Shown here: positions 10,537 to 22,809 of the stretch, piece after piece
Position numbering within the stretch: the stretch's first letter is position 1
Layout: the number at the start of each line of letters is the position of its first letter
Source: Alphaproteobacteria bacterium
GTDB taxonomy: Bacteria > Pseudomonadota > Alphaproteobacteria > UBA2966
Length of the DNA stretch: 64,000 nt
Direction of reading: 5' to 3'
Assembly: GCA_030740435.1 (NCBI GenBank)
Contig: JASLXG010000039.1
Coordinates: 595 to 64,594 of the forward strand
Program-made: the position numbers and the translations under genes
The notes under the pieces: generated by a model
What the model saw: the letters and a program-made list of their open reading frames with translations, nothing else
Databases searched by the model: none
Told to the model about the DNA's origin: nothing

Positions 10537-11043
10537 ATGACAGAGACGACCCGCATCGAGGGATTGATCGCACCAGCGCTGGAGGCGATGGGTTTCGGTA
10601 TCGTGCGCGTGCGCATGATGGGGGCCGATGGGGGCACGCTGCAGATCATGGCCGAGCCTTTGGCCGAGCGACAGATGACGGTGGATGATTGCGCCGACAT
10701 CAGCCGGGCCGTATCGGCGCTCTTGGACGTCGAGGATCCCATCACCGGCTCTTACGTGCTCGAAGTGAGCTCGCCGGGGCTCGATCGTCCGCTGGTCAAA
10801 ATCGAGGATTTCGAGCGTTTTGCCGGCTATCAGGCCAAGCTCGAGCTTGGCGTCTTGCGTGAAGGCCGCAAACGCTTTCGCGGCCGTCTGCTGGGGGCCG
10901 AGGCCGGCACGGTGCGCATCATCGTGCCGGATGAGGGTGAGGAACGGGTATTCAAGCTTCCCTATGTCGACATCGTTACCGCCAAGCTGACGCCGGGCGA
11001 CGATGTCATCAGCGCGGCGCTGCAATCCCGGCAGCGCCACTAA
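10537..11043 (+). CDS. rimP: Ribosome maturation factor RimP
   Basis: LLDVEDPI..YVLEVSSPGLDRPL. Confidence 0.96.
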   Translation: MTETTRIEGLIAPALEAMGFGIVRVRMMGADGGTLQIMAEPLAERQMTVDDCADISRAVSALLDVEDPITGSYVLEVSSPGLDRPLVKIEDFERFAGYQAKLELGVLREGRKRFRGRLLGAEAGTVRIIVPDEGEERVFKLPYVDIVTAKLTPGDDVISAALQSRQRH

Positions 11044-11071
11044 GAGGCCGCAAAAGAGGCGGAAAGAGAAA

Positions 11072-12670
11072 ATGGAATCAACAGTTTCGAGCTGGAACCG
11101 CGTCGAGCTTTTGCAGATCGCGGACACCGTGGCGCGCGAGAAGAGTATTGAGCCCCAGACGGTTATTCAGGCCATGGAAGAGGCGATCGAGAAGGCGGCG
11201 CGCTCCAAATACGGCCACGAGAACGAGATCCGCGCGGAAATCGATGCCAAGACCGGTGAAATCCGCATCTTCCGGGCCCTCGAGGTGGCCGACGAGGTGG
11301 ACAACGATTACACCCAGATTTCCCTGGTTCGGGCCCGCGAGCATAACCCCGATGCCCAGATCGGCGACTACATCGCCGAGCCCTTGCCGCCCATCGACTT
11401 CGGCCGCATCGCCGCCCAGACGGCCAAGCAGGTGATCGTGCAAAAGGTGCGCGAGGCCGAACGCGAACGCCAATACGAGGAATACAAGGACCGCATCGGC
11501 GAGATCATCAACGGCCTGGTGAAAAGGGTCGAATACGGCAACGTCACCGTCGATCTCGGCCGCGCCGAGGCCGTGGTGCGGCGCGACGAGCTGTTGCCCC
11601 GCGAAACCTTCCACCAGGGCGACCGCATCCGGGCCTATATCTACGATGTGCGCCGCGAGCCCCGGGGGCCGCAGATCTTCCTGTCGCGCACCCACCCCCA
11701 GTTGATGGCCAAGCTGTTCGCCCAGGAAGTGCCGGAAATCTACGACAGCATCATCGAGATCAAGGCGGTGGCGCGCGATCCCGGCAGCCGGGCCAAGATC
11801 AGCGTCATGTCCAACGATGCCAGCATCGACCCGGTGGGCGCCTGCGTCGGTATGCGCGGCAGCCGCGTGCAAGCCGTGGTCAACGAATTGCAGGGCGAGA
11901 AAATCGACATCATTCCCTGGTCGCCCGATCCCGCCACCTTCAACGTCAACGCCTTGGCTCCGGCCGAGGTCACCAAGGTGGTGCTCGACGAAGAGAGCCG
12001 TCGCATCGAGGTGGTGGTGCCGGACGAGCAGCTCAGCCTGGCTATCGGCCGGCGCGGCCAGAACGTTCGCCTGGCTTCGCAGCTCACCGGCTGGGACATC
12101 GACATCATGACCGAGGCCGAGGAATCGGAGCGCCGCCAGGAGGAATTCCGGCGTCAGAGCGAAATGTTCATCGCCGCCCTCGACGTCGACGAGGTGATCG
12201 CCCAGTTGCTGGTCATCGAGGGCTTCTCGACGGTCGAGGAGGTGGCCTACGTCGAGGCCGCGGAATTGTCGGAGATCGAGGGTTTCGACGCCGACCTGGG
12301 CGCCGAGTTGCACCAGCGGGCGGAAAAATACCTGGCCGTCGAGGCCGCCCAGTTGAACCAGCGCCGCATCGAGCTTGGGGTGGCCGACGAAGTGGTGGAG
12401 CTCGAAGACGTGAGCTTACGCATGGCCGTGGCCTTTGGCGAGAACGGCGTCAAAAGCCTCGACGATGTCGGTGATTTGGCCAGTGACGAACTTTTGGATC
12501 TGCTTGGCAACAGCTCGCTGGAGCCGGCCGAGGCCGACGCCATCATCATGGCCGCCCGGGCGCATTGGTTCGCCGACGAGGAGTTGCCGGCCGCCGACGA
12601 AGAGCCGGCAGAGCCGGTCCAGGACGAGCCGCTGCCGGCCAGCGGCGAAGACGGCGAAGTCGGCGCCTGA
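11072..12670 (+). CDS. nusA: Transcription factor NusA
   Basis: [43 protein letters not shown], acidic C-terminal repeats. Confidence 0.98.
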   Translation: MESTVSSWNRVELLQIADTVAREKSIEPQTVIQAMEEAIEKAARSKYGHENEIRAEIDAKTGEIRIFRALEVADEVDNDYTQISLVRAREHNPDAQIGDYIAEPLPPIDFGRIAAQTAKQVIVQKVREAERERQYEEYKDRIGEIINGLVKRVEYGNVTVDLGRAEAVVRRDELLPRETFHQGDRIRAYIYDVRREPRGPQIFLSRTHPQLMAKLFAQEVPEIYDSIIEIKAVARDPGSRAKISVMSNDASIDPVGACVGMRGSRVQAVVNELQGEKIDIIPWSPDPATFNVNALAPAEVTKVVLDEESRRIEVVVPDEQLSLAIGRRGQNVRLASQLTGWDIDIMTEAEESERRQEEFRRQSEMFIAALDVDEVIAQLLVIEGFSTVEEVAYVEAAELSEIEGFDADLGAELHQRAEKYLAVEAAQLNQRRIELGVADEVVELEDVSLRMAVAFGENGVKSLDDVGDLASDELLDLLGNSSLEPAEADAIIMAARAHWFADEELPAADEEPAEPVQDEPLPASGEDGEVGA

Positions 12671-12698
12671 GCCAGGCGGCCGGGGATGCCAAGCAGCC

Positions 12699-13367
12699 AT
12701 GCCAGCACCAGCCAGCAAAGCCCGGAAGGGCCCGGCTCCAGCCTCTGGGCCGCGGCAACGACGCTGCATCGCCAGCGGCCGGCGGCTCGATTCGGCCCGG
12801 CTGGTGCGCTTCGTGGTGGCCCCCGACGGCGCCGTGCTGGCCGACGTTGGCGGCCGCCTGCCGGGCCGCGGCATGTGGCTGGAGGCGCGCCGGCAAGCGC
12901 TTGAGCTGGCGCTCGAGAAGCAGAGCTTCGCCCGTGCCGCCAAACGCCGGGTACGGGTCGAGCCCGATCTTGCCGAGCGCGTCGAAGGGTTGCTCGCCGG
13001 GCGCTGTCTGGAAGGCCTTGGCCTGGCCCGCCGGGCGGGCCAAGTGGTCACCGGTTTTGAGCGTGTGAGGGCGGCTTTGCGGACTTCCGAGGTGGCCCTT
13101 TTGCTGGCCGCCAGCGACGCCGCCGACGACGGCCGGCGCAAACTGGCGGCCCTGGCCGGGGACTGCAGGCAAGTGGCGCTCTTTTCGCGGGCCGAATTGA
13201 GTTTGGCATTGGGCAGGGAAAATGTGGTACATGCTGCGCTGTTACCGGGGGGATTGGCTGACCGCTTGGCGCTCGATGTCGAGCGACTGGCCGGTTTCCG
13301 GCCGCCGCCCACGTCGTCCCCGTGGCGGCAGCTTGACAACGTCGAGGCGCATTCGGGGGCGTCCTAG
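12699..13367 (+). CDS. YlxR (DUF448) RNA-binding protein fused to L7Ae-like domain
   Basis: RRCI..LVRFVVAPDG..LPGRGMW; GLARRAGQVVTGFE..LGRENVVHAAL; between nusA and infB. Confidence 0.88.
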   Translation: MPAPASKARKGPAPASGPRQRRCIASGRRLDSARLVRFVVAPDGAVLADVGGRLPGRGMWLEARRQALELALEKQSFARAAKRRVRVEPDLAERVEGLLAGRCLEGLGLARRAGQVVTGFERVRAALRTSEVALLLAASDAADDGRRKLAALAGDCRQVALFSRAELSLALGRENVVHAALLPGGLADRLALDVERLAGFRPPPTSSPWRQLDNVEAHSGAS

Positions 13368-13406
13368 GCCGCTGTGGCCCGGGCGTCCGCAACGCAGGCA
13401 GTGAAG

Positions 13407-15989
13407 ATGAGTGAGTCGAAAGAGACCGAACAGTCCGACGAGAGGAAGTCGCTGAGCCTGGCCCGGCCCGGCCGCCTCGAGCTCAAGAAGAAGGTCGAGT
13501 ACGGGCAGGTAAGGCAGAGCTTCTCGCGCGGCCGCACCAAGGCCGTGGCTGTCGAGGTACGCAAAAAGCGCAGCGTCGGACGCGAGGCTCCGGTTGCTTC
13601 CCCGGCGCTGGTCGAGGCGCCGCCGGTCGAGATCAAGCCGGCCCCGCTGGAGGTGGTTGCGGAAGTCCGCGAAGAGTTTCTGGACGAGTCCGGCTCGGGC
13701 CGCGGCCGGGTGGTGTTGAAGTCGCTCACCGAGGATGAAAAGGCGGCCCGGGCGAAAGCTCTCGAAGGGGCCAAGGCGGCCGACGAGGCGGCCCGGGCGC
13801 GGGCCGAGGACGAAGCCCGGGTACAGGCCGAAGAGGACGTCCGCCGGGCCCAGGAGCACGAGGCCGCGGATCAGCGCGCGGCCGAGGAGGAGGAGCGCAA
13901 GCGCCTCGAAGCCGACGCCCGGCGCAAGGCCGAGGAGACGGCGCGCCAGAAGCTGGACGCGCCCGATCCCGAGGCGGCCGGCAGCGAGCCTGGCAAGACG
14001 GTCGAGACGGAAGCGCGGGAGGGCGAACGCGACGGGCTGCGGCGGCCCCGCCCCGACACCAAACGCCAGCCCGGCCGGCGTGGCCCGCAGCGGCGTCGCG
14101 GCGGCAAGATGACGGTCAGCGACGCGCTCTCCGATCGCGACGAGCGCATGCGCAGCCTGGCGTCCGTGCGCCGGGCCCGCGAACGCGAAAGAAAGGCGGC
14201 CCGCGGCGGCGGCGGGCTGGAAACGCAAAAGATCATCCGCGACGTCATCATCCCCGAGACCATCGTCGTGCAGGAGCTGGCCAACCGCATGGCCGAGCGC
14301 GGTGTTGACGTCATCCGCACCCTGATGAAGCTCGGCGTCATGGCCAACGTCAACCAGACCATCGACGGTGATACCGCCGAGCTGGTGACCACCGAGTTCG
14401 GCCACAAGGTGCGCCGGGTCTCGGAATCCGACATCGAATTCGGCCTCAAGGGCGATGCCGACGAAGCTGGCGTGCTGCAGTTGCGGGCGCCCGTCGTCAC
14501 GGTCATGGGCCACGTCGACCATGGCAAGACCTCGCTCTTGGATGCCTTGCGCGAGACCGACGTGGCCGGTGGCGAAGCCGGCGGCATCACCCAGCACATC
14601 GGCGCCTACCAGGTTGAACTCAGCGGCGGCGACAAAATTACTTTCCTCGATACCCCGGGTCACGAGGCCTTCAGCGCCATGCGCGCCCGCGGTGCCACGG
14701 TCACCGACACCGTGGTCCTGGTGGTGGCGGCCGACGACGGCATCATGCCGCAGACCGTCGAGGCCATTAATCACGCCAAGGAAGCGGACTCGCCGATCAT
14801 CGTCGCCATCAACAAGATGGATAAGCCCGAGGCCGACCCGGGCCGCGTGCGCCAGGAGCTCCTGAACCACGAACTGGTGGTCGAGGAATTGGGCGGCGAC
14901 ATCCTGTGCATCGAGCTCTCGGCCAAGGAGCGCACCAACCTCGACAAGCTCGAGGAAGCCATATTGCTGCAGTCCGAGGTGCTCGAGCTCAGGGCCAACC
15001 CGGACCGCGCCGCCGAGGGCGTGATCATCGAGGCCAAGATCGATCGCGGCCGCGGCCCGGTTGCCACCATCCTGGTGCAGCGCGGCACCTTGGCCGTGGG
15101 CGATGTCTTCGTGGCCGGTGGCGAGTGGGGCCGGGTGCGTGCCCTGGTCGACGACCATGGCACAAACGTCGAGACGGCCGGCCCATCGGTGCCGGTCGAG
15201 GTGCTGGGGTTGACCGGCGCGCCCGAGGCGGGCGACGAGTTTTCCGTCGTCGACAGCGAGCAACGCGCCCGCGAGGTGGCCGAGTTCCGGCAGCGCCGGT
15301 CACGGGCGATGAAGGTGGCCAAGCCCGAGCTCGGTACCCTGGAGGAGATGTTCGAGCGCATCTCGAGCGGCGAGACCAAGGAGTTTCCCTTGGTCATCAA
15401 GGCCGACGTTCAGGGCTCGCTGGAGGCCATCGTGGGCGGCCTCGAGAAGATGTCGACCGACGAGGTCAAGGCGCGCATCCTGCATGGCGGCGTCGGCGGC
15501 ATCAACGAATCGGACGTCACCCTGGCCCAGGCCTCCGGCGCCCTGGTCATCGGCTTCAACGTCCGCGCCAATGCCCAGGCCCGCGAGTTGGCGCGGCGCG
15601 AGGCTGTGGAAATCCGCTATTACTCGGTCATCTACGACGTCACCAACGACGTCAAAGCGGTGCTGTCGGGCATGCTGGCGCCGGCCATCAAGGAGAATTT
15701 CCTGGGCAACGCCGAGGTGCTGCAGACCTTCGGCATCACCAAGGTCGGCCGTGTCGCCGGCTGCCTGGTGACCGAGGGAACGGTCAAGAAGGGGGCCGGC
15801 GTGCGCCTGCTGCGCGACAACGTGGTGATCCACGAAGGTTCGCTCTCGCAGCTAAAGCGCTTCAAGGACGATGTCGCCGAGGTCCGGGCCGGGCTCGAAT
15901 GCGGCATCCAGTTCGAGAACTACCAGGACGTCCAGGACGGTGACGTGGTCGAGGCCTTCGAGCTCGAGGAAGTGGCGCGCACGCTTTAG
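13407..15989 (+). CDS. infB: Translation initiation factor IF-2
   Basis: [41 protein letters not shown]. Confidence 0.98.
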   Translation: MSESKETEQSDERKSLSLARPGRLELKKKVEYGQVRQSFSRGRTKAVAVEVRKKRSVGREAPVASPALVEAPPVEIKPAPLEVVAEVREEFLDESGSGRGRVVLKSLTEDEKAARAKALEGAKAADEAARARAEDEARVQAEEDVRRAQEHEAADQRAAEEEERKRLEADARRKAEETARQKLDAPDPEAAGSEPGKTVETEAREGERDGLRRPRPDTKRQPGRRGPQRRRGGKMTVSDALSDRDERMRSLASVRRARERERKAARGGGGLETQKIIRDVIIPETIVVQELANRMAERGVDVIRTLMKLGVMANVNQTIDGDTAELVTTEFGHKVRRVSESDIEFGLKGDADEAGVLQLRAPVVTVMGHVDHGKTSLLDALRETDVAGGEAGGITQHIGAYQVELSGGDKITFLDTPGHEAFSAMRARGATVTDTVVLVVAADDGIMPQTVEAINHAKEADSPIIVAINKMDKPEADPGRVRQELLNHELVVEELGGDILCIELSAKERTNLDKLEEAILLQSEVLELRANPDRAAEGVIIEAKIDRGRGPVATILVQRGTLAVGDVFVAGGEWGRVRALVDDHGTNVETAGPSVPVEVLGLTGAPEAGDEFSVVDSEQRAREVAEFRQRRSRAMKVAKPELGTLEEMFERISSGETKEFPLVIKADVQGSLEAIVGGLEKMSTDEVKARILHGGVGGINESDVTLAQASGALVIGFNVRANAQARELARREAVEIRYYSVIYDVTNDVKAVLSGMLAPAIKENFLGNAEVLQTFGITKVGRVAGCLVTEGTVKKGAGVRLLRDNVVIHEGSLSQLKRFKDDVAEVRAGLECGIQFENYQDVQDGDVVEAFELEEVARTL

Positions 15990-16030
15990 AGCCTTTCGCG
16001 GTTGCACCGTTACGCCCAAGGATCCCATCC

Positions 16031-16143
16031 GTCATTCCCGCGCAAGCGGGAACCCAGGTTTGTTTGGGTTTGTCAAGGTAGCCGCCAAAGAACGCCAGCA
16101 AAAAACGGCGCAAAACCTGGGTTCCCGCGTGCGCGGGAATGAC
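16031..16143. repeat. Inverted REP dimer (CGTC-type, GTCATTCCCGCG..GCGGGAA)
   Basis: 31-bp arms 16031-16061 and 16113-16143 are reverse complements with one mismatch; each arm has an internal TTCCCGC/GCGGGAA palindrome. Confidence 0.88.
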
Positions 16144-16175
16144 AAAAAGGCGCCGTTAGTGAGCCGGGGAATCTC

Positions 16176-16559
16176 ATGGCAAGACATGGCCGGGCGCCCA
16201 GCCAGCGCCAGCTCCGGGTGGGCGAGGAACTACGCCACGCGCTGGCCGAATTGTTCGCGCGGCACGACTTGCGCGACCCTGATCTGGCCGACCTGACGAT
16301 CACCGTAACCGAGGTGCGGGCCAGCCCCGACCTGCGCCAAGCCACGGCCTATGTGCTGGCGCTGGGCGGCGGTGAAGAAGGGCAGGAGCTGCTGCGCCGC
16401 GGCCTGGAGCGCTCGGCCGGCTACCTGCGAACGCAACTGGCCAAGCAGGTGCACCTCAAGTTCTCGCCCCGCCTGGTCTTCGAGATCGATCGCTCGTTCG
16501 ATGCCGTGGCCCGTCTCGACAGCCTGTTGCACGGGCCCGAAACGAGCGACCAGAGCTAA
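16176..16559 (+). CDS. rbfA: Ribosome-binding factor A
   Basis: SQRQLRVGEELRHAL, TVTEVRASPDLR, PRLVFEIDRSFD. Confidence 0.96.
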   Translation: MARHGRAPSQRQLRVGEELRHALAELFARHDLRDPDLADLTITVTEVRASPDLRQATAYVLALGGGEEGQELLRRGLERSAGYLRTQLAKQVHLKFSPRLVFEIDRSFDAVARLDSLLHGPETSDQS

Positions 16560-16569
16560 GAAAAGAACC

Positions 16570-17466
16570 ATGGCACGGCGACGCAAGGGCCTAGCGATCC
16601 ACGGTTGGCTGGTCATCGACAAGCCCCAAGGTCTGACCTCGGCGGCGGTGGTGGCAAAGGTCAGGCGGGCCAGCGGTGCCGCCAAGGTGGGGCACGGCGG
16701 CACCCTCGATCCGCTGGCCACCGGCGTCCTGCCGCTGGCGCTGGGCGAGGCCACCAAGACGGTTTCCTACGTCATGGACGGCACCAAGGCCTACAGCTTC
16801 ATGGTGGCCTGGGGCGAGGCCCGCGATACCGACGACAGCCAAGGCGCGGTAACGGAGCGGAGCGAGTCGCGCCCCTCGGCGGCGGCGGTGGCGGCGGCCC
16901 TGCCGGCTTTTGTCGGCACCATCGAGCAGCTGCCGCCGGCCTACTCGGCGCTCAAGATCGACGGCCGCCGGGCCTACGCCCTGGCCCGGGCCGGCCAGGA
17001 GGTGCAACTGGCGCCGCGCCGGGTGCGCGTGGACAGCCTGAAGCTGGTGGCCTGTCCGGACCCCGACCACGCCCGCTTCGAGCTGATCTGCGGCAAGGGC
17101 ACCTACGTGCGGGCGCTGGCCCGCGACCTGGGCCGGCGTTTGGGCAGCTTTGGCCACGTCGTCGAAATACGCCGCACCCGGGTTGGCGATTTCTCGGAAG
17201 GGCAAGCGATTTCGCTGGCTAAACTGGACGAGTTACGGCATAGTTCGGCGCTCGATTCAGCGATCCTGCCGGTCGAGACCGCGCTGGCCGACATCCCGGC
17301 GCTGGCCCTGACCGGATCCCAAGCCGAACGCCTGCGACATGGCCAGGCGATTCGCGTGCTGAATATCGCGGATGGCATCTGCCGCACCATGACGGATGGA
17401 CGCCTGGTTGCCCTAGCCGAAGCAAATGACGGCGAAGTGCGGCCACTGCGGGTTTTCAATTGTTAA
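16570..17466 (+). CDS. truB: tRNA pseudouridine-55 synthase
   Basis: GHGGTLDPLATGVL, PPAYSALKIDG, CGKGTYVRALARDLG. Confidence 0.97.
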   Translation: MARRRKGLAIHGWLVIDKPQGLTSAAVVAKVRRASGAAKVGHGGTLDPLATGVLPLALGEATKTVSYVMDGTKAYSFMVAWGEARDTDDSQGAVTERSESRPSAAAVAAALPAFVGTIEQLPPAYSALKIDGRRAYALARAGQEVQLAPRRVRVDSLKLVACPDPDHARFELICGKGTYVRALARDLGRRLGSFGHVVEIRRTRVGDFSEGQAISLAKLDELRHSSALDSAILPVETALADIPALALTGSQAERLRHGQAIRVLNIADGICRTMTDGRLVALAEANDGEVRPLRVFNC

Positions 17467-17481
17467 CGCCAGGAGAAGACG

Positions 17482-17751
17482 ATGTCGATAACAGCGGAAC
17501 GCAAGCATGAGCTTGTGGGAAAATTCGCGACCGCGGACGGCGACACAGGTTCACCCGAGGTCCAGGTCGCCGTTCTCACCGAACGCATCGTCAATCTGAC
17601 GGAGCACTTCAAATCACACCACAAGGATCTGCATTCCCGGCGCGGACTGATAAGAATGGTCAACCGCCGGCGCAGCCTGCTGGATTACCTCAAGGGCAAG
17701 AACCAGCAGCGCTACGAGGTGCTGATCAAGGAACTCGGTCTGCGCAAGTAG
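17482..17751 (+). CDS. rpsO: 30S ribosomal protein S15
   Basis: [25 protein letters not shown], 89 aa. Confidence 0.98.
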   Translation: MSITAERKHELVGKFATADGDTGSPEVQVAVLTERIVNLTEHFKSHHKDLHSRRGLIRMVNRRRSLLDYLKGKNQQRYEVLIKELGLRK

Positions 17752-17936
17752 AATGCCGATCCGCCTCGTCCCCGGTGCCGGCCCCGGTGCTGAACCCGGG
17801 GGTCGCCGAGGCGAGCGGCAAAGGAAAATCAGCAACCGCCGGCCAAGCCGGCGGCTGACTGTCGGCAACCGGAAGGCCGGTTGCCACGATGGCTGCGCCG
17901 CAAGGGCGGCGCGGCAGGTTGGAAGGAAACCAAAAC

Positions 17937-20144
17937 ATGTTTGAGATTCATCGCAAGGAACTTATGTGGGGAGGCCGCAAGCTGGTCATGGAGACCGGCC
18001 GCATGGCCCGCCAGGCCGATGGCGCCGTGCTGGTGACCTATGGCGAAACCGTGGTGCTGTGTACCGCCGTCGCCCAGAGGTCGGCGCGGGTGGGCATCGA
18101 TTTCTTCCCCCTCACCGTCAACTACCAGGAAAAAACCTTCGCCACCGGCAAGATCCCCGGTGGCTTTTTCAAGCGCGAAGGCCGTCCCTCCGAGAAGGAG
18201 ACGTTGACCTCGCGGCTCATCGACCGGCCCATCCGGCCGTTGTTTGCCAAGGGCTTCCGCAACGAGACCCAGGTCATCTGCACGGTGCTCAGCCACGATC
18301 TCGAAAACGATCCCGATATCGTTGCCCTGGTCGGTTCGGCAGCGGCGCTGACGCTTTCGGGAATACCCTTCCTGGGCCCCATCGCGGCCGCCCGGGTGGG
18401 TTTCATCGACGGCCAATTCGTGCTCAATCCCTTGGTCGAGGACTTGGAGCAAAGCCGCCTCGATCTGATTGTCGCCGGTACCGCCGATCACGTCATGATG
18501 GTCGAATCCGAGGCTCATGAGCTCAGCGAGGAGGAAATGCTGGGGGCCGTCAACTTCGGCCACGAGCAGTTTCGCCCGGTCATCGAGGCCATCATCGAAC
18601 TGGCCGAGAAGGCGGCCAAGGATCCCTGGAATCTGCCCGAGCCGTCCGACAACAGCGCCGTGGCGCAAAAGGTCAAGGCCGAGGCCGAGGCCGAGCTTCG
18701 CGGCGCCTACGCCGAAGTGGTCAAGCAGACCCGGCAGGGCAAGATCGATGCGCTGCGCGACAAGGTGTCGGCCGGCTTCGAGGATGGCGATGAGGCGGAC
18801 AAAAAGGCGGCTTCCGGAGCCTTCAAGGATCTCGAGAAGAGCATCGTGCGGCGCCAGATCATCGACAGCGGCGTGCGTATCGACGGCCGCGACACCAAGA
18901 CCGTGCGGCCCATCTCGTGCGACGTGAATCTGCTGCCGAGAGCGCACGGCTCGGCACTCTTTACCCGCGGCGAGACCCAAGCCTTGGCCGTGGCGACGCT
19001 GGGCACCGGGCGTGACGAGCAGATCATCGACGCCCTGCAAGGCGAATATCGCGAACGCTTCATGCTGCACTACAACTTCCCGCCCTATTCCGTGGGCGAG
19101 GCCTCGTTCCTGCGCAGCCCCGGGCGGCGGGAAATCGGTCACGGCAAGCTGGCCTGGCGGGCGCTGCGGCCGCTCATGCCGAACTGGGACGACTTCCCCT
19201 ACACCATCCGCGTGGTCTCGGAGATCACCGAATCCAACGGCTCCTCGTCGATGGCCACGGTCTGCGGCACCTCGCTCTCGCTGATGGACGCCGGCGTACC
19301 GCTCAAGCGTCCGGTGGCCGGTATCGCCATGGGCCTGATCCTCGAGGAAGACAGCCACGCCGTGCTCTCGGACATCCTGGGCGACGAGGACCACCTGGGC
19401 GACATGGACTTCAAGGTGGCCGGCACCGAGGAAGGCGTCACTTCGTTGCAGATGGACATCAAGGTGGCCGGCATCACCAGTGACATCATGGCGCTGGCGC
19501 TGGCCCAGGCCCGCGAGGGGCGTCTGCACATCCTGGGCGAGATGACGGCGGCCCTGGCCCGGCCGCGCGACGAGGTCGGCCAGTACGCGCCGCGCATCAC
19601 CACCATCGAGATCCCCAAGGACAAGATCCGCGAGGTCATCGGCACCGGCGGCAAGGTGATCCGCGAGATCACCGAGGAGACCGGCGCCAAGATCGATATC
19701 GAAGACGACGGCACCATCCGGGTTGCCGCCGCCACCACCGAGGTGGCCGAGGCGGCCATCAATTGGATCAAGGAAATCGTGGCCGAGCCCGAGGTCGGCG
19801 TGATCTATACGGGCAAGGTGGTCAAGGTGGTCGATTTCGGCGCCTTCGTGAATTTCATCGGCAACCGCGACGGCTTGGTGCACATCAGCGAGCTGGCACC
19901 CAGGCGGGTCGGCAAGGTGACCGACGTGGTCAACGAAGGCGACGAGGTCTACGTCAAGATGCTGGCCATGGACGATCGCGGCAAGGTGCGGCTCAGCATG
20001 CGCTCCGTCGATCAGCAGTCGGGCCAGGAAATCAGCGACCAGAAGGGGGACGGCGAGGCGGCGACAGGCCGGTCGCAGGCCGCCGGCCCGCCCTCTTCCC
20101 CGCCGCCGCGCCGCCGCGCCGACGACGCAAAGCAAAGACCGTGA
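17937..20144 (+). CDS. pnp: Polyribonucleotide nucleotidyltransferase
   Basis: [39 protein letters not shown] and S1 domains. Confidence 0.98.
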   Translation: MFEIHRKELMWGGRKLVMETGRMARQADGAVLVTYGETVVLCTAVAQRSARVGIDFFPLTVNYQEKTFATGKIPGGFFKREGRPSEKETLTSRLIDRPIRPLFAKGFRNETQVICTVLSHDLENDPDIVALVGSAAALTLSGIPFLGPIAAARVGFIDGQFVLNPLVEDLEQSRLDLIVAGTADHVMMVESEAHELSEEEMLGAVNFGHEQFRPVIEAIIELAEKAAKDPWNLPEPSDNSAVAQKVKAEAEAELRGAYAEVVKQTRQGKIDALRDKVSAGFEDGDEADKKAASGAFKDLEKSIVRRQIIDSGVRIDGRDTKTVRPISCDVNLLPRAHGSALFTRGETQALAVATLGTGRDEQIIDALQGEYRERFMLHYNFPPYSVGEASFLRSPGRREIGHGKLAWRALRPLMPNWDDFPYTIRVVSEITESNGSSSMATVCGTSLSLMDAGVPLKRPVAGIAMGLILEEDSHAVLSDILGDEDHLGDMDFKVAGTEEGVTSLQMDIKVAGITSDIMALALAQAREGRLHILGEMTAALARPRDEVGQYAPRITTIEIPKDKIREVIGTGGKVIREITEETGAKIDIEDDGTIRVAAATTEVAEAAINWIKEIVAEPEVGVIYTGKVVKVVDFGAFVNFIGNRDGLVHISELAPRRVGKVTDVVNEGDEVYVKMLAMDDRGKVRLSMRSVDQQSGQEISDQKGDGEAATGRSQAAGPPSSPPPRRRADDAKQRP

Positions 20145-21538
20145 AAGCGTTGAACCCCGTGCTTGTCTCCGGACGGGAAGTGTTGCCCTTGGTCGAGGGC
20201 GGCAAAGGTGTGGCGGTGACCAACGGCGAATGTTCGGGGGCCTGGGCGGCGGCCGGCGGGGTAGGGACGTTCTCGGGCGTCAACGCCGACAGCTACGACG
20301 AATTCGGCGTCGTCATCCGGCAAATCTATCACGCCAAGACGCGCCGCGAGCGTCACGAGGAGCTGATCGCCTACGCCATCCGCGGCGGCATCACCCAGGC
20401 CCAAATCTGTCACGAGACGGCCGCCGGCGAGGGCCGCATCCACGTCAACATCCTGTGGGAGATGGGCGGCGCGCAGCACGTCGTCGAAGGCATCCTGGAG
20501 GGCGCCAAGGGCCTCGTCCATGGCGTCACCTGCGGCGCCGGCATGCCCTATAAGATCGCCGAAATCGCCGCCAATTACGGCGTTTACTACTATCCCATCG
20601 TGTCTTCGGCGCGGGCCTTCAGGGCGCTCTGGAAACGCTCCTATAACAAGTTCGCCGAGCTCATGGGCGGCGTCGTTTACGAGGACCCCTGGCTGGCCGG
20701 CGGCCACAACGGGCTGACCAACTCGGAGGATCCGCTAAAGCCCGAGGCGCCCTATCCCCGGGTGCTGGCGCTACGCCAGGAAATGCGCGCCTTCGGGCTT
20801 GATCAGACGCCGATCGTCATGGCCGGCGGCGTCTGGTATCTGCGTGAGTGGCAGGATTGGATCGATAATCCCGAGCTCGGCCCGATCGTCTTCCAGTTCG
20901 GCAGCCGCGGCCTTTTGACTCAGGAAATCCCCATTCCCGAGGCCTGGAAACAGCGCCTGATGACGCTGCGCGAAGGCGATATCCTGCTCAACCGTTTCAG
21001 TCCCACCGGGTTCTATTCCTCGGCCGTGCACAACGACTTCCTGCGTGAGCTCGAGCAGCGCAATGCCCGCCAGGTCAGCTATGCCAGCGCCGCCGACGGC
21101 GATCATGCGGCCGAGCTTGGCATCGGCCCGCGCAACCGCCTGGTCTATCTGAGCGAGAGCGACCGCAAGCGGGCCGAGGAATGGATCGCCGACGGCAACA
21201 GCGTGGCGCTGCGCACACCGTCGCAGACCTTGATCTTCGTCAGCCCCGAGCGGGCCGCCGAAATCCGTACCGACCAGGTCGATTGCATGGGCTGTCTGAG
21301 CCATTGCCAGTTCTCCAACTGGGCCGAGAACGAGGAAGGCACCACCGGCAAGAAGTCGGACCCCCGCAGCTTCTGCATCCAGAAAACCCTGCAAGACGTG
21401 ATTCATACCGACAATACCGAGAACAACCTCATGTTCGCCGGGCACGGGGCCTATCGCTTCGCCAGCGATCCCTTCTATTCCAACGGTTTCATCCCCACGG
21501 TGCGCCAGCTCGTTGAACGCTTGATGACAGGCGACTAG
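20141..21538 (+). CDS. Nitronate monooxygenase/FabK-like FMN oxidoreductase with Cys cluster
   Basis: [49 protein letters not shown]; GTG start overlaps pnp stop. Confidence 0.85.
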   Translation: MKALNPVLVSGREVLPLVEGGKGVAVTNGECSGAWAAAGGVGTFSGVNADSYDEFGVVIRQIYHAKTRRERHEELIAYAIRGGITQAQICHETAAGEGRIHVNILWEMGGAQHVVEGILEGAKGLVHGVTCGAGMPYKIAEIAANYGVYYYPIVSSARAFRALWKRSYNKFAELMGGVVYEDPWLAGGHNGLTNSEDPLKPEAPYPRVLALRQEMRAFGLDQTPIVMAGGVWYLREWQDWIDNPELGPIVFQFGSRGLLTQEIPIPEAWKQRLMTLREGDILLNRFSPTGFYSSAVHNDFLRELEQRNARQVSYASAADGDHAAELGIGPRNRLVYLSESDRKRAEEWIADGNSVALRTPSQTLIFVSPERAAEIRTDQVDCMGCLSHCQFSNWAENEEGTTGKKSDPRSFCIQKTLQDVIHTDNTENNLMFAGHGAYRFASDPFYSNGFIPTVRQLVERLMTGD

Positions 21539-21589
21539 CCAACATCAATGCGTTGCACTGTTTATTGAATTAGTTCAAAATAACCCGCG

Positions 21590-21617
21590 GGGCTGGGCTT
21601 CAGCCCTTTGCTTTTTT
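21590..21617 (+). terminator. Putative rho-independent terminator
   Basis: GGGCTG-ggctt-CAGCCC then TTTGCTTTTTT. Confidence 0.55.
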
Positions 21618-21694
21618 GTCAGGCGTTCTATCTAAGGGGTAGGGGCGCCAAGGGGCGGAACCTATCGTCGTCTATCAGAACCGTTGAGGCCACC

Positions 21695-22117
21695 GTGGAA
21701 CAACAACGACCCTATTTCGAGGCTTTGACGCGGCTCAGGGCCGCCAACCTCCGTCCCACCCGCCAGCGGCTGGCGCTTTCAAGGCTGCTTTTCGATGACG
21801 GCGACCGGCACATAACCGCCGAAGTGCTGCACAGCGAGGCCTTGGCCTCCAATGTCAGGGTGTCCCTGGCAACCGTCTACAACACGCTGCACCAGTTCAC
21901 CAAAGCGGGCCTGCTGCGCGAAGTGGTGGTTGATTCGGGACGTTCGTATTTCGACACCAACACCACGCCGCACCACCATTTCTTCTTTGAAAAGAGTGGC
22001 CGGCTGGAAGATATCCCGGGCCTTTCCTATTCCATCGACGATCTGCCGCCGCCGCCGCCGGGGACCCTGATCGACAGCGTCGCCGTCGTCGTCCGCTTGC
22101 GGGAGGCGGAGGAGTAG
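21695..22117 (+). CDS. irr: Iron response regulator Irr (Fur family)
   Basis: LRPTRQRLAL..RHITAEVLH..VSLATVYNTLHQF..SYFDTN..HHHFF. Confidence 0.93.
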   Translation: MEQQRPYFEALTRLRAANLRPTRQRLALSRLLFDDGDRHITAEVLHSEALASNVRVSLATVYNTLHQFTKAGLLREVVVDSGRSYFDTNTTPHHHFFFEKSGRLEDIPGLSYSIDDLPPPPPGTLIDSVAVVVRLREAEE

Positions 22118-22157
22118 GCATCTAATTTGGTTTGAAAGGTATCGAGTTGCACTCTTT

Positions 22158-22174
22158 TTTGGAATCATTCTAGA
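22158..22174. promoter_or_regulatory. Iron control element (ICE, Irr-binding box)
   Basis: TTTGGAA-TCA-TTCTAGA vs consensus TTTRGAA-N3-TTCYAAA (one mismatch), upstream of rubrerythrin and next to irr. Confidence 0.8.
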
Positions 22175-22299
22175 TTTTTCTCGATACCCATCCACATACC
22201 TTGTAAGGTAGCGGCCAGGTTGAACCGCCGAGGCGCGTGATAACCCCGCCGGTGCGGCCGCGACCGCTCATTCCGATGACGCCCATGAGGGAGAATCCG

Positions 22300-22719
<420 letters not shown>

Positions 22720-22745
22720 AGCAGCGCAGTCTGCGAACAGCAAAC

Positions 22746-22771
22746 AGGGGAGCGGAAACGCTCCCCTTTTT
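22746..22771 (+). terminator. Intra-operon terminator-like hairpin after rubrerythrin
   Basis: AGGGGAGCG-GAAA-CGCTCCCCT then T run. Confidence 0.75.
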
Positions 22772-22809
22772 CGTTGCCTCGCAGTGCCGTTCCGCGCATC
22801 TTTGGCGGT

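Noticed and set aside
17752-17936. Hairpins in the rpsO-pnp spacer (e.g. GGCAACCGG-AAGG-CCGGTTGCC)
   Set aside because: Consistent with the ordinary structured pnp leader; no evidence for a separate ncRNA.
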